Source: Chara braunii
Taxonomy: Eukaryota > Plantae > Charophyceae
DNA length: 51,305 nt
Assembly: GCA_003427395.1 (NCBI GenBank)
Contig: BFEA01000009.1
Location: forward strand, 7,609,100 to 7,660,404
Direction: 5' to 3'
The position numbers were made by a program, and so were the translations under genes. Each line of letters starts with the position of its first letter. The stretch's first letter is position 1. The notes under the pieces are model-generated. The model made no database searches. It was not told the origin of the DNA and saw only the letters and a program-made list of their open reading frames with translations. Positions 23,246-33,112 of this stretch are shown one piece after another.

Positions 23246-24771
23246 CTATCACTCTGGTAGCCTAGATAAAAACAACATGTGTACTAGAGGTTTCATAAAA
23301 CTTGTACAACGTACAGACGACGTTGCACCCTGATTTGAATATAACGTACTATTGGCATATAGTTAAACCGCCAGTACATGGCCGCAGCCTTGTGGAGATT
23401 TCGTTGTTACCTACTCCGATAATTTTTGCGCCTCGGGCTTACGCGAGCACAATGGCTAGGGGAGCCAGCCAAGAAAGGAAAAAAACTTAGCACACTGGTT
23501 GTCCAAGCTGCAGAATTGGAGCTGCCCGTGGGGCCTGGCGGCCAACACGCAGGCCGGGCTGTTTTTTTTTTTTTTTTTTGGGAATAGGCCGAGCTTTTTT
23601 TTTTTTTTTTTTTTTTTTTTCCCCAGAACACTGGCAGCCAAATGTCGTATGATCAAGGCACGGAAAACGGGTCCGCCATCCCTCACATCATAGAAAAGGT
23701 TCAACAAAACGAACATAAGCTTCCCACCAATAGATGGAGCCTCCCTGAGTATGCTAGGGGTGCCTGCTCCTACCACCACCCCTATCTCGGGCAGTTCTTC
23801 TTTAAAAAAAAAAAGAAAAAAAGAAAAAAAAGAGCGTATGAAAAAACCCTAATTGTACGCCAGGGGCCGGGACTCACTAGCATCGAGTAAATCGGTGTCT
23901 GGCGTTCTTTTCTCATTTAAAAACGCATAAACAATGCTTTTTATCATTTACACGATTGCAAATAAAAGGACCCAAAAAACGAAAAATTACGGGGCCTGAC
24001 ATCGACATCATGACAAAACTTCAGTGCATCCACACTTCCACCAACCCGGTACATCTGCATGCGAGCTTCCCGCCGGCCTGTTCGCAGTCTTCCACGAAAA
24101 TCTCAATATTCTCAATTTCTGCGGAAAAAAAAAGCATGGCGCAAAGCTGCAATAACGCCCCCCCCCTTGAGAAACTCCAATATTGCAGCTTCGCGCCAAC
24201 GCAAAGTGGCTAGCTAAATGGACTAAAAAATGAAAACGAAACTCTTCTATTGGCCGGCGGACAGATACCTCCACGAAATCCATCCTTATCGCCCTGCGCC
24301 GGAGATACACAAAAGGATCAACGGTCGCTTGATGTCACCTCTCGCCGCACGTCGTTGAAAACCAAACTGCCGAAGCGTATATCGATGCTAGTGGGTCCCA
24401 GCCCCAGTAGGTGCTCCTCCCATTTCTTCATCCCGCACGCCCATCGAGTAACAGCATGTCCGAGACCTTTCAGCCATCCTCCTTTGCTTGCTTTGATCGT
24501 TGCCTCGCTATTCCATGGAAGGTACCGAAAACAGTCCTTTCCTTTACAACACCCCTTTTTACCACAAACTTTCTCCCCCCTCATAATCTTCTACCACCCC
24601 CATAAATTAATAACATCCTCTGGACCTACTCCCTCCTCTCCGTAGCATCTCCCGACTGATGATTCCCCAACTCTTCAACTCTCTCTGCGTCTCTTGCGCT
24701 TGCTGTCGGAATTGGGGGGGGGGGAGCGATATCGTAAAGGGTGCGTAGCAAAGGTCCATTTACCATGGTAA

Positions 24772-24867
24772 GGGCCAGATCCACTAGCCCCTATTGTTAA
24801 TTTCTGACCGTTGATCTTCGTAATCGAGGGTGAAAAATGAATAATCCAGGGTAGTGGGATCTGACCC
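24772..24867. mobile_element. Tourist-like (PIF/Harbinger) MITE, 96 bp
   Basis: TAA|GGGCCAGATCCACTA ... TAGTGGGATCTGACCC|TAA: imperfect TIR and TAA TSD. Confidence 0.7.
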
Positions 24868-25594
24868 TAAGAGTGAAAATTTCCCCGAGACTTACTACGA
24901 TCTACTTTTGTTTACTGTACCTCTGCTGGAAATCTACGTACCTACCGGTAGTAGGTTTGCTTGGCCTACCCTACCCGCCTTCCGCCGAACACAACGCACC
25001 CTCATTTTGGCTGTAGGCCGGAAAAAATATAGCTTGTATAGATTCAATTCATTTTTAGGGTGCGTTGTGTTCGGGGGAATAGGGTAGCTATGGACTCTCC
25101 CGGTGCGCCAACGCAAATGAGAGGTAGCTATGGACCTCCATTCCCGATAACAGATCCCCCTATAGATGAGGTAAACCTCCATTCCCGATGACAGACCCCC
25201 CTATAGCGAGCGATTAACCGCCCCCTCGGTCATGCCGGCGAAGGAGACGGCCGAACATCGCCGTGAGATGAGAATGAGATTCCTCCCACAGCGGTGGTTG
25301 GTCCAGAGGGAGCGCTAAGCTGCCCACCCGGTGCCGCGGCTGCTCCATCTTTTTTTTTTTTTGCGGGGGGGGGGGGGGGGGGGTAGAAACTGCTCCATCT
25401 TTCGCATACACCATGGCCCCCGCGCACGGATGATGATGACACGCACTAATCGAGAAATGACCTTACCCCTCGGAGGTCCCCCAGAACTGGCCCCCGTGCT
25501 CATGGGGGAAGGATTATTCCACCGGCGGTAGTGTGTCGGGGTCGCAACTGAACATGGCAACCCAGCGAAGGCGATTATCGGCTTGCTGGTGGGT

Positions 25595-25652
25595 GATTAG
25601 CTTGCTGCGGGGAGATTGAAAGCTTGTGCTTGCTGGTGGGTGATTACCTTTT

Positions 25653-25684
<32 letters not shown>

Positions 25685-25955
25685 TTAGCTTGCTGCTCTC
25701 GTAGCTCGATCGTTCCTCTCCTCAGTGTGTGTTTGCCTCTGTGGACACGAACCAACTACGCTGCTGGAGCAAGCGGGGAGATTGAAAGCTTGTGCTTGCT
25801 GGTGGGTGATTACCTTTTTTTTTTTTTTTTTTTTTTTTTTTGGGTGGGTGGGTGACCAGCTTGCTGCTCCCGTAGCTCGGTCGTTCCTCCTCCTTAGTGT
25901 GTGTTTGCCTCTGTTGTGTACACGAACCAACCAACTACGCTGCTGGAGCAAGAGA
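25595..25955 (+). repeat. Tandem duplication (about 170 bp) just upstream of ERG
   Basis: GCGGGGAGATTGAAAGCTTGTGCTTGCTGGTGGGTGATTACCTTTT and ACCAACTACGCTGCTGGAGCAAG each occur twice. Confidence 0.8.
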
Positions 25956-26044
25956 GGGGTTGGCAGCTTGGTGAGGACAGCAGGGGAGAGCAGGGGAGGA
26001 GGCTACAGGGGTTTACCAGGTCGCGCCGCTTAGCAGCCGCAGCC

Positions 26045-28522
26045 ATGGAACGGGTGTCCCTCCTGATGACGCGACTGCATCGTGAAAGCCGGCCATGGCA
26101 GGGCTCAGTAGGTGCCCTCTACCACCGTTATCGTCGTAATTGGGAAGCTAGATCGACTCGCTATTCTCTTCTGCATTCTGAGGAAGTAGAAGTAGATTCC
26201 TCTTCCTTCACTCGGTCCTGCGGCGCGAAGCTTTCATGTTCATTGCCGGTCATTGAGCGTTTGAAGCGTGCAGGCTCTCGCATCGAGCCGCCAGCTGTCC
26301 CTATCCCTATCCAGCACTCGCCTGTCTATGTGCCACGTGGAGGGCATCTTCTTCTCGATTCCTATCGCTGGGTCTCGCACTGTCTTTGCCCGCTGTTTGC
26401 ATCATCATCTCTTCTTTCGGCTTCCTCCCAGAAGAAGAGCTATGGGGGTTGTTCTTGTGAGATGCTCGGGGAATTGCCGGTGGGGGACTCGCAGTCATTG
26501 CAGCAGAAGCAGCATGGGGATGGGGATCTGCAGGGTATGCAGGGGATTGCGCTGGCGTCGCGATCGGGATTGAAGATCTGCGACTCTTCGAGGCCAGACG
26601 TCAGCTTGAGCCCACGAACGATGCCCATTTCAACTCCAGGCCATCTCCGTTGGCTTAGCTCATCGGCGCGCAGTGATCGGGGTGTAAGATCAGGTTCGAC
26701 TTCAATGATGAGCACGGCTGGCGACCCCCTTCAGGAAGATGATGAAGAGGACAAATGGGGAACAGTGTTCCCCGATCCTTTGTCACCAGAGACTAATCAA
26801 CAGACGTTTAAGAAGCAGCCAATTACAACGCGTACTCGTCCTCGTCCTCGTCTTCAGAAGCTCCCTCTCAGCAACAACGAGAATGATTATGACAAAATAA
26901 TGACGTCGAAAGAGGAATCGTCAACATCAATTACCGGTCAGTCTTCACCTTCGGGTCTCGATTCCACTTCCTCGACAAGATCATCATTGACCCAGCGGAC
27001 TTTGAAGGAAGAGCCAATGTCACGTGATAGTCGCAATACACCTCTTGGCATCTCGGAGAATGACCTAATACCTTCTCAAGGCCAGACATCTGAGGGTTAT
27101 CAGCAGCAGTCTAATTCATCTTCTGCTCCCACATTGTCCTCCTCCTCAGGGTCATTCTTCCCATCATTTACTGCCACTCTGCAGTGTCAGCAATCAACCT
27201 CAGTACCCTTGGCACCTCCCTTGTTGCCAGCAGCTGCCCGCTCATCTCCAGGATGGGCCTCCAGGGGCTCCTCTTTGTCATCACCATCATCGTCAGCAGC
27301 GTCTTCAGAAGAAGAATGGTCGTCTTCTTTATCGGTATCATCAGTTTGTTCAGAGGCTAGTGAGAAAGGGAAGGAGGATGAGGAGGAGGAGGAGGAAGGG
27401 AGAGAAAAAAACAGTGCTCTTTCTTGTTCAAACCCCAGTGTCAGCCATGAAGAGGAGGATGAGGATGTCCTCCCACCGTCTGATGCTGAAAGCCATGGGT
27501 TTTCATTTGGTAATGTGATGCTGCCAGGCCTTAGTCGCAAAGATCTTGAGAGATTGCTGCTGGAATCTGGTGAACAGCTGCAACTAGGGGATGAGAACGT
27601 GCCACGTGATAGGCAAAGGAGTCTGACTGTGGCAATCATTGGCGCTCCCAATGCCGGCAAGTCGATGCTAACCAATCGTCTGGTCGGGACCAAGGTCTCA
27701 GCAGTGTCAAGAAAGACAAACACAACGAGAATGGAGATGCTAGGTGTCGTTTGCAAGGGAGACACACAACTGCAGCTGTATGACACCCCAGGGATGGCTG
27801 AGGAGTTCACAGGGGGTAGCCAGACCCTCAGCAAGGAGAGCGGCCACCTTGCAGGCATTGCCAGGAGAGTGGCAGCACAGTGTGATGTCGTTGCTGTTCT
27901 TGTGGACGCTGAGCGTCAGATAAGAAGACCAGATCCAAGGGTGCGAAATCTTGTGTCCCGACTTGGAAAGGTCCTGCCGATGACGACAAAACGAGTTTTG
28001 TGTCTGAACAAGGTGGATGCAGTTGGGGACAAGAAGGACCTCCTTGCATTGACGTCGGACCTGACATCGCTCGGTATCGACTTCGATAGGGTGTTCATGG
28101 TCTCAGCACGCAAGGGAAGTGGAGTAGAGGTCATGCTGAGGTACTTCATAGACCAGGCTGCACTGCAGCCATGGGAAGTCGAGCCTGGGAGGATCACTGA
28201 TCGGACATTGAAGGATTTAGCGCTGGAAATAGTGCGAGAGCATATCTATAACCGTGTGCACAAGGAGTTGCCCTACATTGTGGAGCAAAAGCATATTAAG
28301 TGGAGGGTCTGCAGAGATGACTCGGTCGTCGTATCGCAGCTCGTCATTGTCGAAACAGAGCATCAGAAGATGATTGTCGTTGGGAAGAGTGGGCTTGTAA
28401 TCAGGCAAATTGGTCAAGGAGCGCGGCTAGAACTGGAGCAGTTGCTTCAGAGGAGAGTTCATCTGTTTCTGGATGTGATAGTGCGACCCAGCAGGAGGAG
28501 ACTTCCCTTGTATCCGTCTTAA
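26045..28522 (+). CDS. ERG: Era-like GTPase (ERG/ERAL1, mitochondrial type), single exon, long Ser-rich N-terminal extension
   Basis: G1 GAPNAGKS, G2 SRKTNTT, G3 DTPG, G4 NKVD, G5 VSA, and a C-terminal KH domain (EIVREH..ELPY, IVVGKSG, VHLFLDV). First ATG is in good context (GCCATGG) at 26045. Confidence 0.93.
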   Translation: MERVSLLMTRLHRESRPWQGSVGALYHRYRRNWEARSTRYSLLHSEEVEVDSSSFTRSCGAKLSCSLPVIERLKRAGSRIEPPAVPIPIQHSPVYVPRGGHLLLDSYRWVSHCLCPLFASSSLLSASSQKKSYGGCSCEMLGELPVGDSQSLQQKQHGDGDLQGMQGIALASRSGLKICDSSRPDVSLSPRTMPISTPGHLRWLSSSARSDRGVRSGSTSMMSTAGDPLQEDDEEDKWGTVFPDPLSPETNQQTFKKQPITTRTRPRPRLQKLPLSNNENDYDKIMTSKEESSTSITGQSSPSGLDSTSSTRSSLTQRTLKEEPMSRDSRNTPLGISENDLIPSQGQTSEGYQQQSNSSSAPTLSSSSGSFFPSFTATLQCQQSTSVPLAPPLLPAAARSSPGWASRGSSLSSPSSSAASSEEEWSSSLSVSSVCSEASEKGKEDEEEEEEGREKNSALSCSNPSVSHEEEDEDVLPPSDAESHGFSFGNVMLPGLSRKDLERLLLESGEQLQLGDENVPRDRQRSLTVAIIGAPNAGKSMLTNRLVGTKVSAVSRKTNTTRMEMLGVVCKGDTQLQLYDTPGMAEEFTGGSQTLSKESGHLAGIARRVAAQCDVVAVLVDAERQIRRPDPRVRNLVSRLGKVLPMTTKRVLCLNKVDAVGDKKDLLALTSDLTSLGIDFDRVFMVSARKGSGVEVMLRYFIDQAALQPWEVEPGRITDRTLKDLALEIVREHIYNRVHKELPYIVEQKHIKWRVCRDDSVVVSQLVIVETEHQKMIVVGKSGLVIRQIGQGARLELEQLLQRRVHLFLDVIVRPSRRRLPLYPS

Positions 28523-28793
28523 CAACTGCTGGAAGCATTGAGCCTGCGTTGGCCACTTTCTGGGAGTTTGTCTTACATCAATCCAAAGTCCGTCCTGGTT
28601 TCTCTGATCTTCTACCAAATCAATGGATTGCCTTTTTCTGCATTCCATTGTTTTTTTCACTTTTAGCTCTCCAATCACTGCGATCAGAGCAGCTGGCTGA
28701 CTGTCTTTTGAACCAGGGATTTACTGTATTCAGCTTCTTGTGTGACAAAGGGTAACTGAGGCCAGTAATTTTTTTTGTCTTGCGAAGTAAGTT

Positions 28794-28860
<67 letters not shown>
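28794..28860 (+). repeat. (AAC)n microsatellite
   Basis: About 22 perfect units. Confidence 0.97.
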
Positions 28861-28944
28861 GCAGTGTCTGAGGCCGACACTCTCTTCCACACCACACGCA
28901 ACCCACTCACACCTGTGTTGGCTAAAGACGCTGCTACTAATACC

Positions 28945-29024
28945 GATTGACTTACTTACCAGGTGCACAGCCCGTACTTTGTCTGTTGATGTGGTTTGTC
29001 ATGTTTGTTGTACATAACTCCAAG

Positions 29025-29117
<93 letters not shown>

Positions 29118-29632
29118 NNNNNNNNNNNNNNNNNNNNNNNNNNNNNNNNNNNNNNNNNNNNNNNNNNNNNNNNNNNNNNNNNNNNNNNNNNNNNNNNNNN
29201 NNNNNNNNNNNNNNNNNNNNNNNNNNNNNNNNNNNNNNNNNNNNNNNNNNNNNNNNNNNNNNNNNNNNNNNNNNNNNNNNNNNNNNNNNNNNNNNNNNNN
29301 NNNNNNNNNNNNNNNNNNNNNNNNNNNNNNNNNNNNNNNNNNNNNNNNNNNNNNNNNNNNNNNNNNNNNNNNNNNNNNNNNNNNNNNNNNNNNNNNNNNN
29401 NNNNNNNNNNNNNNNNNNNNNNNNNNNNNNNNNNNNNNNNNNNNNNNNNNNNNNNNNNNNNNNNNNNNNNNNNNNNNNNNNNNNNNNNNNNNNNNNNNNN
29501 NNNNNNNNNNNNNNNNNNNNNNNNNNNNNNNNNNNNNNNNNNNNNNNNNNNNNNNNNNNNNNNNNNNNNNNNNNNNNNNNNNNNNNNNNNNNNNNNNNNN
29601 NNNNNNNNNNNNNNNNNNNNNNNNNNNNNNNN

Positions 29633-29702
<70 letters not shown>

Positions 29703-30010
29703 CAGAGCGCAGCGTGTCAGTGACCGGGAGAACAAGAGAAGGCGCTAAGCTCAAAAAAAAAAAGAAGGTGAATGTTCTGTTTGAATACAATATTTGTTCA
29801 TCTCGATTCAAATAGTAAACATATTCTGTGTATTTGAATGCAACACGTATGTGTTCTATTCAAAGTGCCCTTCTACTCGAGAAAAGTGGACTAGCTTTTC
29901 AGTTCCAGGCCTGGGGGTTGTGTGCTGTTTTGGCTTTTTCTCCAGGACCGCGGCCAATACGGGTCCTGCGCCTGCAAGGACTGCCTGCCCCCCTAGAAGC
30001 CCCTGTCTTG
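28945..30010 (+). repeat. Dispersed repeat family carrying (GT)n/(GA)n microsatellites, copy 1
   Basis: Blocks ATTGACTTAC, GGTGCaCAGCCCGTA, TTTGTCATGTT..ATAACTCcAAGAGAGTG and TTCTATTC..GAAAAGTG recur inverted at 38930-40185. Confidence 0.6.
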
Positions 30011-30224
30011 CATTTTAACACCCTTCCAATGACCATTGGGCGTGCAGTGCCGTGCACAGACGACCCGTATAATGACCGAAGAAGAAAATGAAAATGACTT
30101 GGGTGTATAAACGCAACCCTACCGGCTGCTGTGAACTAGGGAGAGCAAGCTGAGACACTATCTCAGCTTGTTGGCTTCAACTATCTCATCTCGTTGGCAC
30201 AAAAAGAATCCCCCAGGCTGTCTG

Positions 30225-30286
30225 CGAGATTGAACCCGGTACCTCCAAAATGTCATTTGCGTGCCTAACCAACTGACCTATAGTCT
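30225..30286 (-). pseudogene. tRNA-derived pseudogene or SINE head
   Basis: Reverse complement GACTATAGGTCAGTTGGTTAGGCAC...GAGGTACCGGGTTCAATCTCGC has A box and B box at tRNA spacing, but poor stems. Confidence 0.6.
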
Positions 30287-30426
30287 TCCCCTGAACAAAA
30301 AGCACATTTGGGGTATGTTCTATTCATATATAACGCACGTGTGTTATGCTACAGATACAGGGTACCAACTTTCGAAAACAGGCCCCAAGAAACAATTAGT
30401 ACCCTGTATCCGTACTTGTCCTTCAG

Positions 30427-30465
30427 GATTAGGATGGCCTCTGTGCAAGGATGACATGCATAAAT
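30427..30465 (+). pseudogene. U6: U6 snRNA internal fragment
   Basis: GATTAGGATGGCCTCTGTGCAAGGATGACATGCATAAAT versus plant U6 GATTAGCATGGCCCCTGCGCAAGGATGACACGCATAAAT (35/39 by eye). Confidence 0.8.
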
Positions 30466-30923
30466 ACAGGAATAGTGCAATCAGACTCGTTTCTTCTTCG
30501 ACTCGCATGCATGCAAACACATGGAATCCAAAAAACTGGCGCCAGGCGCCCACACAAAGCTCAGAGATATGAAGACCGAGAACACAGTTCATATACAAAC
30601 TCGCTTCAAAACAGGCTATGGCGCCTGAGCACCCAAACAACTCACGTCTGAAACTGTGTCCACAACCCCTGTTCGCACGCACTCAACTCCTAACACTAGC
30701 TATGGCAGCTATGGGCGCCCGCTACTTCTAACTATGGCGCTCTATCTCCTTCACGGCCCACTTCAACTTCGGGCATCTGCAGACCACCTCGCACAAGACG
30801 CTCAGGCAGCGCTTCCGCATGGCGCACAGCAGAATGAATGAATGGCTGGACGCTGCCTCTTGATTTATACTTCTGTTGGTCGCTGGTCTGCCCCCTTTCC
30901 TCCGGGCCCTTCGTGCACACAGT

Positions 30924-31151
30924 CCCACGTGGTACTTGCTGACTGGACTAAGGGAGACTGGGACTGGGTACCACTGACTAGACAAGGTTGGACTCACCAC
31001 TTGCCCACTTGCCTCTGGTCTGCTGTGAGCAACATCGGACCCACATGGTACTTGCTGACTGGACTAAAGGACACTGGGACTGGGTACCGCTGACTAGACA
31101 AGGTTGGACTCACCACTTGCCCACTTGCCTCTGGTCTGCTGTGAGCAACAT
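30924..31151 (+). repeat. Tandem duplication, about 116-bp unit, 2 copies
   Basis: CCCAC.TGGTACTTGCTGACTGGACTAA...CTCTGGTCTGCTGTGAGCAACAT occurs twice. Confidence 0.9.
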
Positions 31152-31473
31152 TCGAAAGGCCACTTCCGGACCTTCCGGAAGCCTGCGGACTTGGCCTTTC
31201 GGAACCGTAGCAGCTACGACCTCGACCTTTCAGGACTGCAGTAGCTACCACCTTGACCTTTCAGAATTGCTACAGCTACGGCCTCTACACAACTATGACC
31301 CCTACTCGACAAGACCCGACAGCTACATCGACCTACAACAGACAACAACTGATTCCTAAAACGCAGGCCACCGGTTCAAACATACAGGGGTACTGTACAC
31401 GGGTGGGGAGAGGTCTAGGGATCGAGCCCTGCGATCTGCATCTGCTACTGCAAAGGTGAAAACCGTTTCAAAT

Positions 31474-31995
31474 AGTCCAAATGCTCAGTTGGTAAGACAC
31501 AGAAGTTGCATTCAGGAGGTCATGGGTTCAATCCCCACCCACCTCACTTTCGTGCCTGGGCAAGATTGGTGTTCTACCAGGTAGAGATAACCAGTCGGCC
31601 CTCCAAGCCAGCGTTGGCAGGACCTTGGCCAAATAAATATTGTTCGTTGCTATGCAGCAATGATATTCGCCATTAGACACCACTAATGTGGGGTTGGAGG
31701 GGGGGAGGGGGAGGTGCAAGTGACTGGCCAAAGATGCTCGGCACTAGCATCCCCGGCTTCCCCCGTCGGCAATGCCTGATCGCCCTGCATCATCGTGATG
31801 AGGGGCTGATACAAGCCTCGCTCTCGCACCACTGCTGTGGTGCCAACCTACCCCGTGGGCTGGGGACAGCTCCGGGTTTGGTTGGTGGGTGTTCCCCCCT
31901 ACTATAGATACAGTAGCGAGAGGATGAGATAGAATATATACAAAAGAAGATTGAAAAAAACAAAAACAAAAAACGAAAAAAGAACAAAAAAAAAC
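31474..31995 (+). mobile_element. tRNA-headed SINE-like element with A-rich tail
   Basis: Head GCTCAGTTGGTAAG...TTGCA...GAGGTCATGGGTTCAATCCCC (A box, TGC-like loop, B box; acceptor stem does not pair), a body of about 400 bp, and an A-rich tail at 31940-31995. Confidence 0.6.
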
Positions 31996-32076
31996 ACAAC
32001 AGCCCGTCAAGAAGCCGGGCGGGAGCAATCGGAAGGGAGAGAGCAGGCGGGAGTGATCGGAAGGGAGCGGGCGGTT

Positions 32077-32133
<57 letters not shown>

Positions 32134-33112
32134 GTCACCCGTGTGTTTCTATTTGAATAGAACACCCGTCTGGTCGAATAGAACATACGAGCGTACTATT
32201 GGACACGTGAGTACTATTTCAACGTGCGCAGTATTTAGATTTCCGGGGCCGCCTTTGAGAAATGGACTTAAAAAAAAAAAAAAAAAAAAAAGTTGAATAG
32301 TGCATGTTCTGTTCAGGGGAAGACTGTAGGCCGCTTTCTATTCTTATCTCAATCAATATATATTATGATATTATGATGAAACTCCGTGCGCTAGATAGAT
32401 ATCGCATCAGTCGATCACCAATGGCCTCGTGGCACGTCGAGACGCTAAAAAAAATTGCCATGTGTAAAACACGTGGCAGAGAAGTGACAAGTTATGGCCA
32501 TTTGTATTTGTAGAACAGGTGGTACGCCAAGCCTTTGCCCTTTGCTCCTCCAGATGCCTGCCACTACAGTCTTCCCCCGAACACAAGGCGACAAGCTCAT
32601 CATGAATGCATACAACCTATCTTTCGGACTGGATACGGTCATGACCAGGGTGGGTTCAGGTTATCGGCAGCAGCCTGCGCTGGATGATAACCCGCGCGCG
32701 GTCCGGATTGCGCAAAGGGGAGGGTCGGAGGAGCGACTGAGCGGAGAGGACTACGACGTCGGATCACCTACGTGTAGCTGGCGGAGGCTCGCGGGCTCTC
32801 CGCCTATGCTGCGCGCCACTTGCGCCGCGCGTGCTTCCTCCAGCTGGCAGATCCCCCCCCCGGCCTCGTCTTCCCTGCTCCGCTGCAGTCCGCCTCCCCC
32901 TGCGCGCACGTTACGACTAGGAGTATTTCGAGCGCTCGAGCGACGGCGGCCAGCTGAGTGCGCACACCTTCCGCCCGCGACGAGCGCAAGCTTCGCGGCG
33001 AACGAGACTGGTCGTCTCCGCCCTCGCCGTCCCGCAAGCGCGGGGGGAGCAATCGCCGGCACTCCGCCGGCGCCCGTCGGAGGTTCCGCAGCCTGCCACG
33101 CGCCTGATACCT

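Larger units (their letters stand above)
17736..23249 (+). mobile_element. Penelope-like retroelement (PLE) with N-terminal GIY-YIG endonuclease (Naiad/Chlamys-type domain order), two ORFs, decayed
   Basis: 10-bp TSD CACTCTGGTA (17726-17735 and 23250-23259), terminal direct repeats, ORF1, then a GIY-YIG plus PLE-type RT ORF2. Confidence 0.88.
17484..23265. mobile_element. Second copy of the CTAGGCTACCAG MITE (inverted), split by the Penelope-like element
   Basis: 17484-17735 is a reverse-complement homologue of 15813-16090. Its TIR is completed at 23250-23265 (CACTCTGGTAGCCTAG). Flanks AAAAAAAC and ATAAAAAC form a 7/8 TSD. Confidence 0.88.

Noticed and set aside
31474-31545. Functional tRNA-Ala(TGC) gene
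   Set aside because: The acceptor and anticodon stems do not pair.
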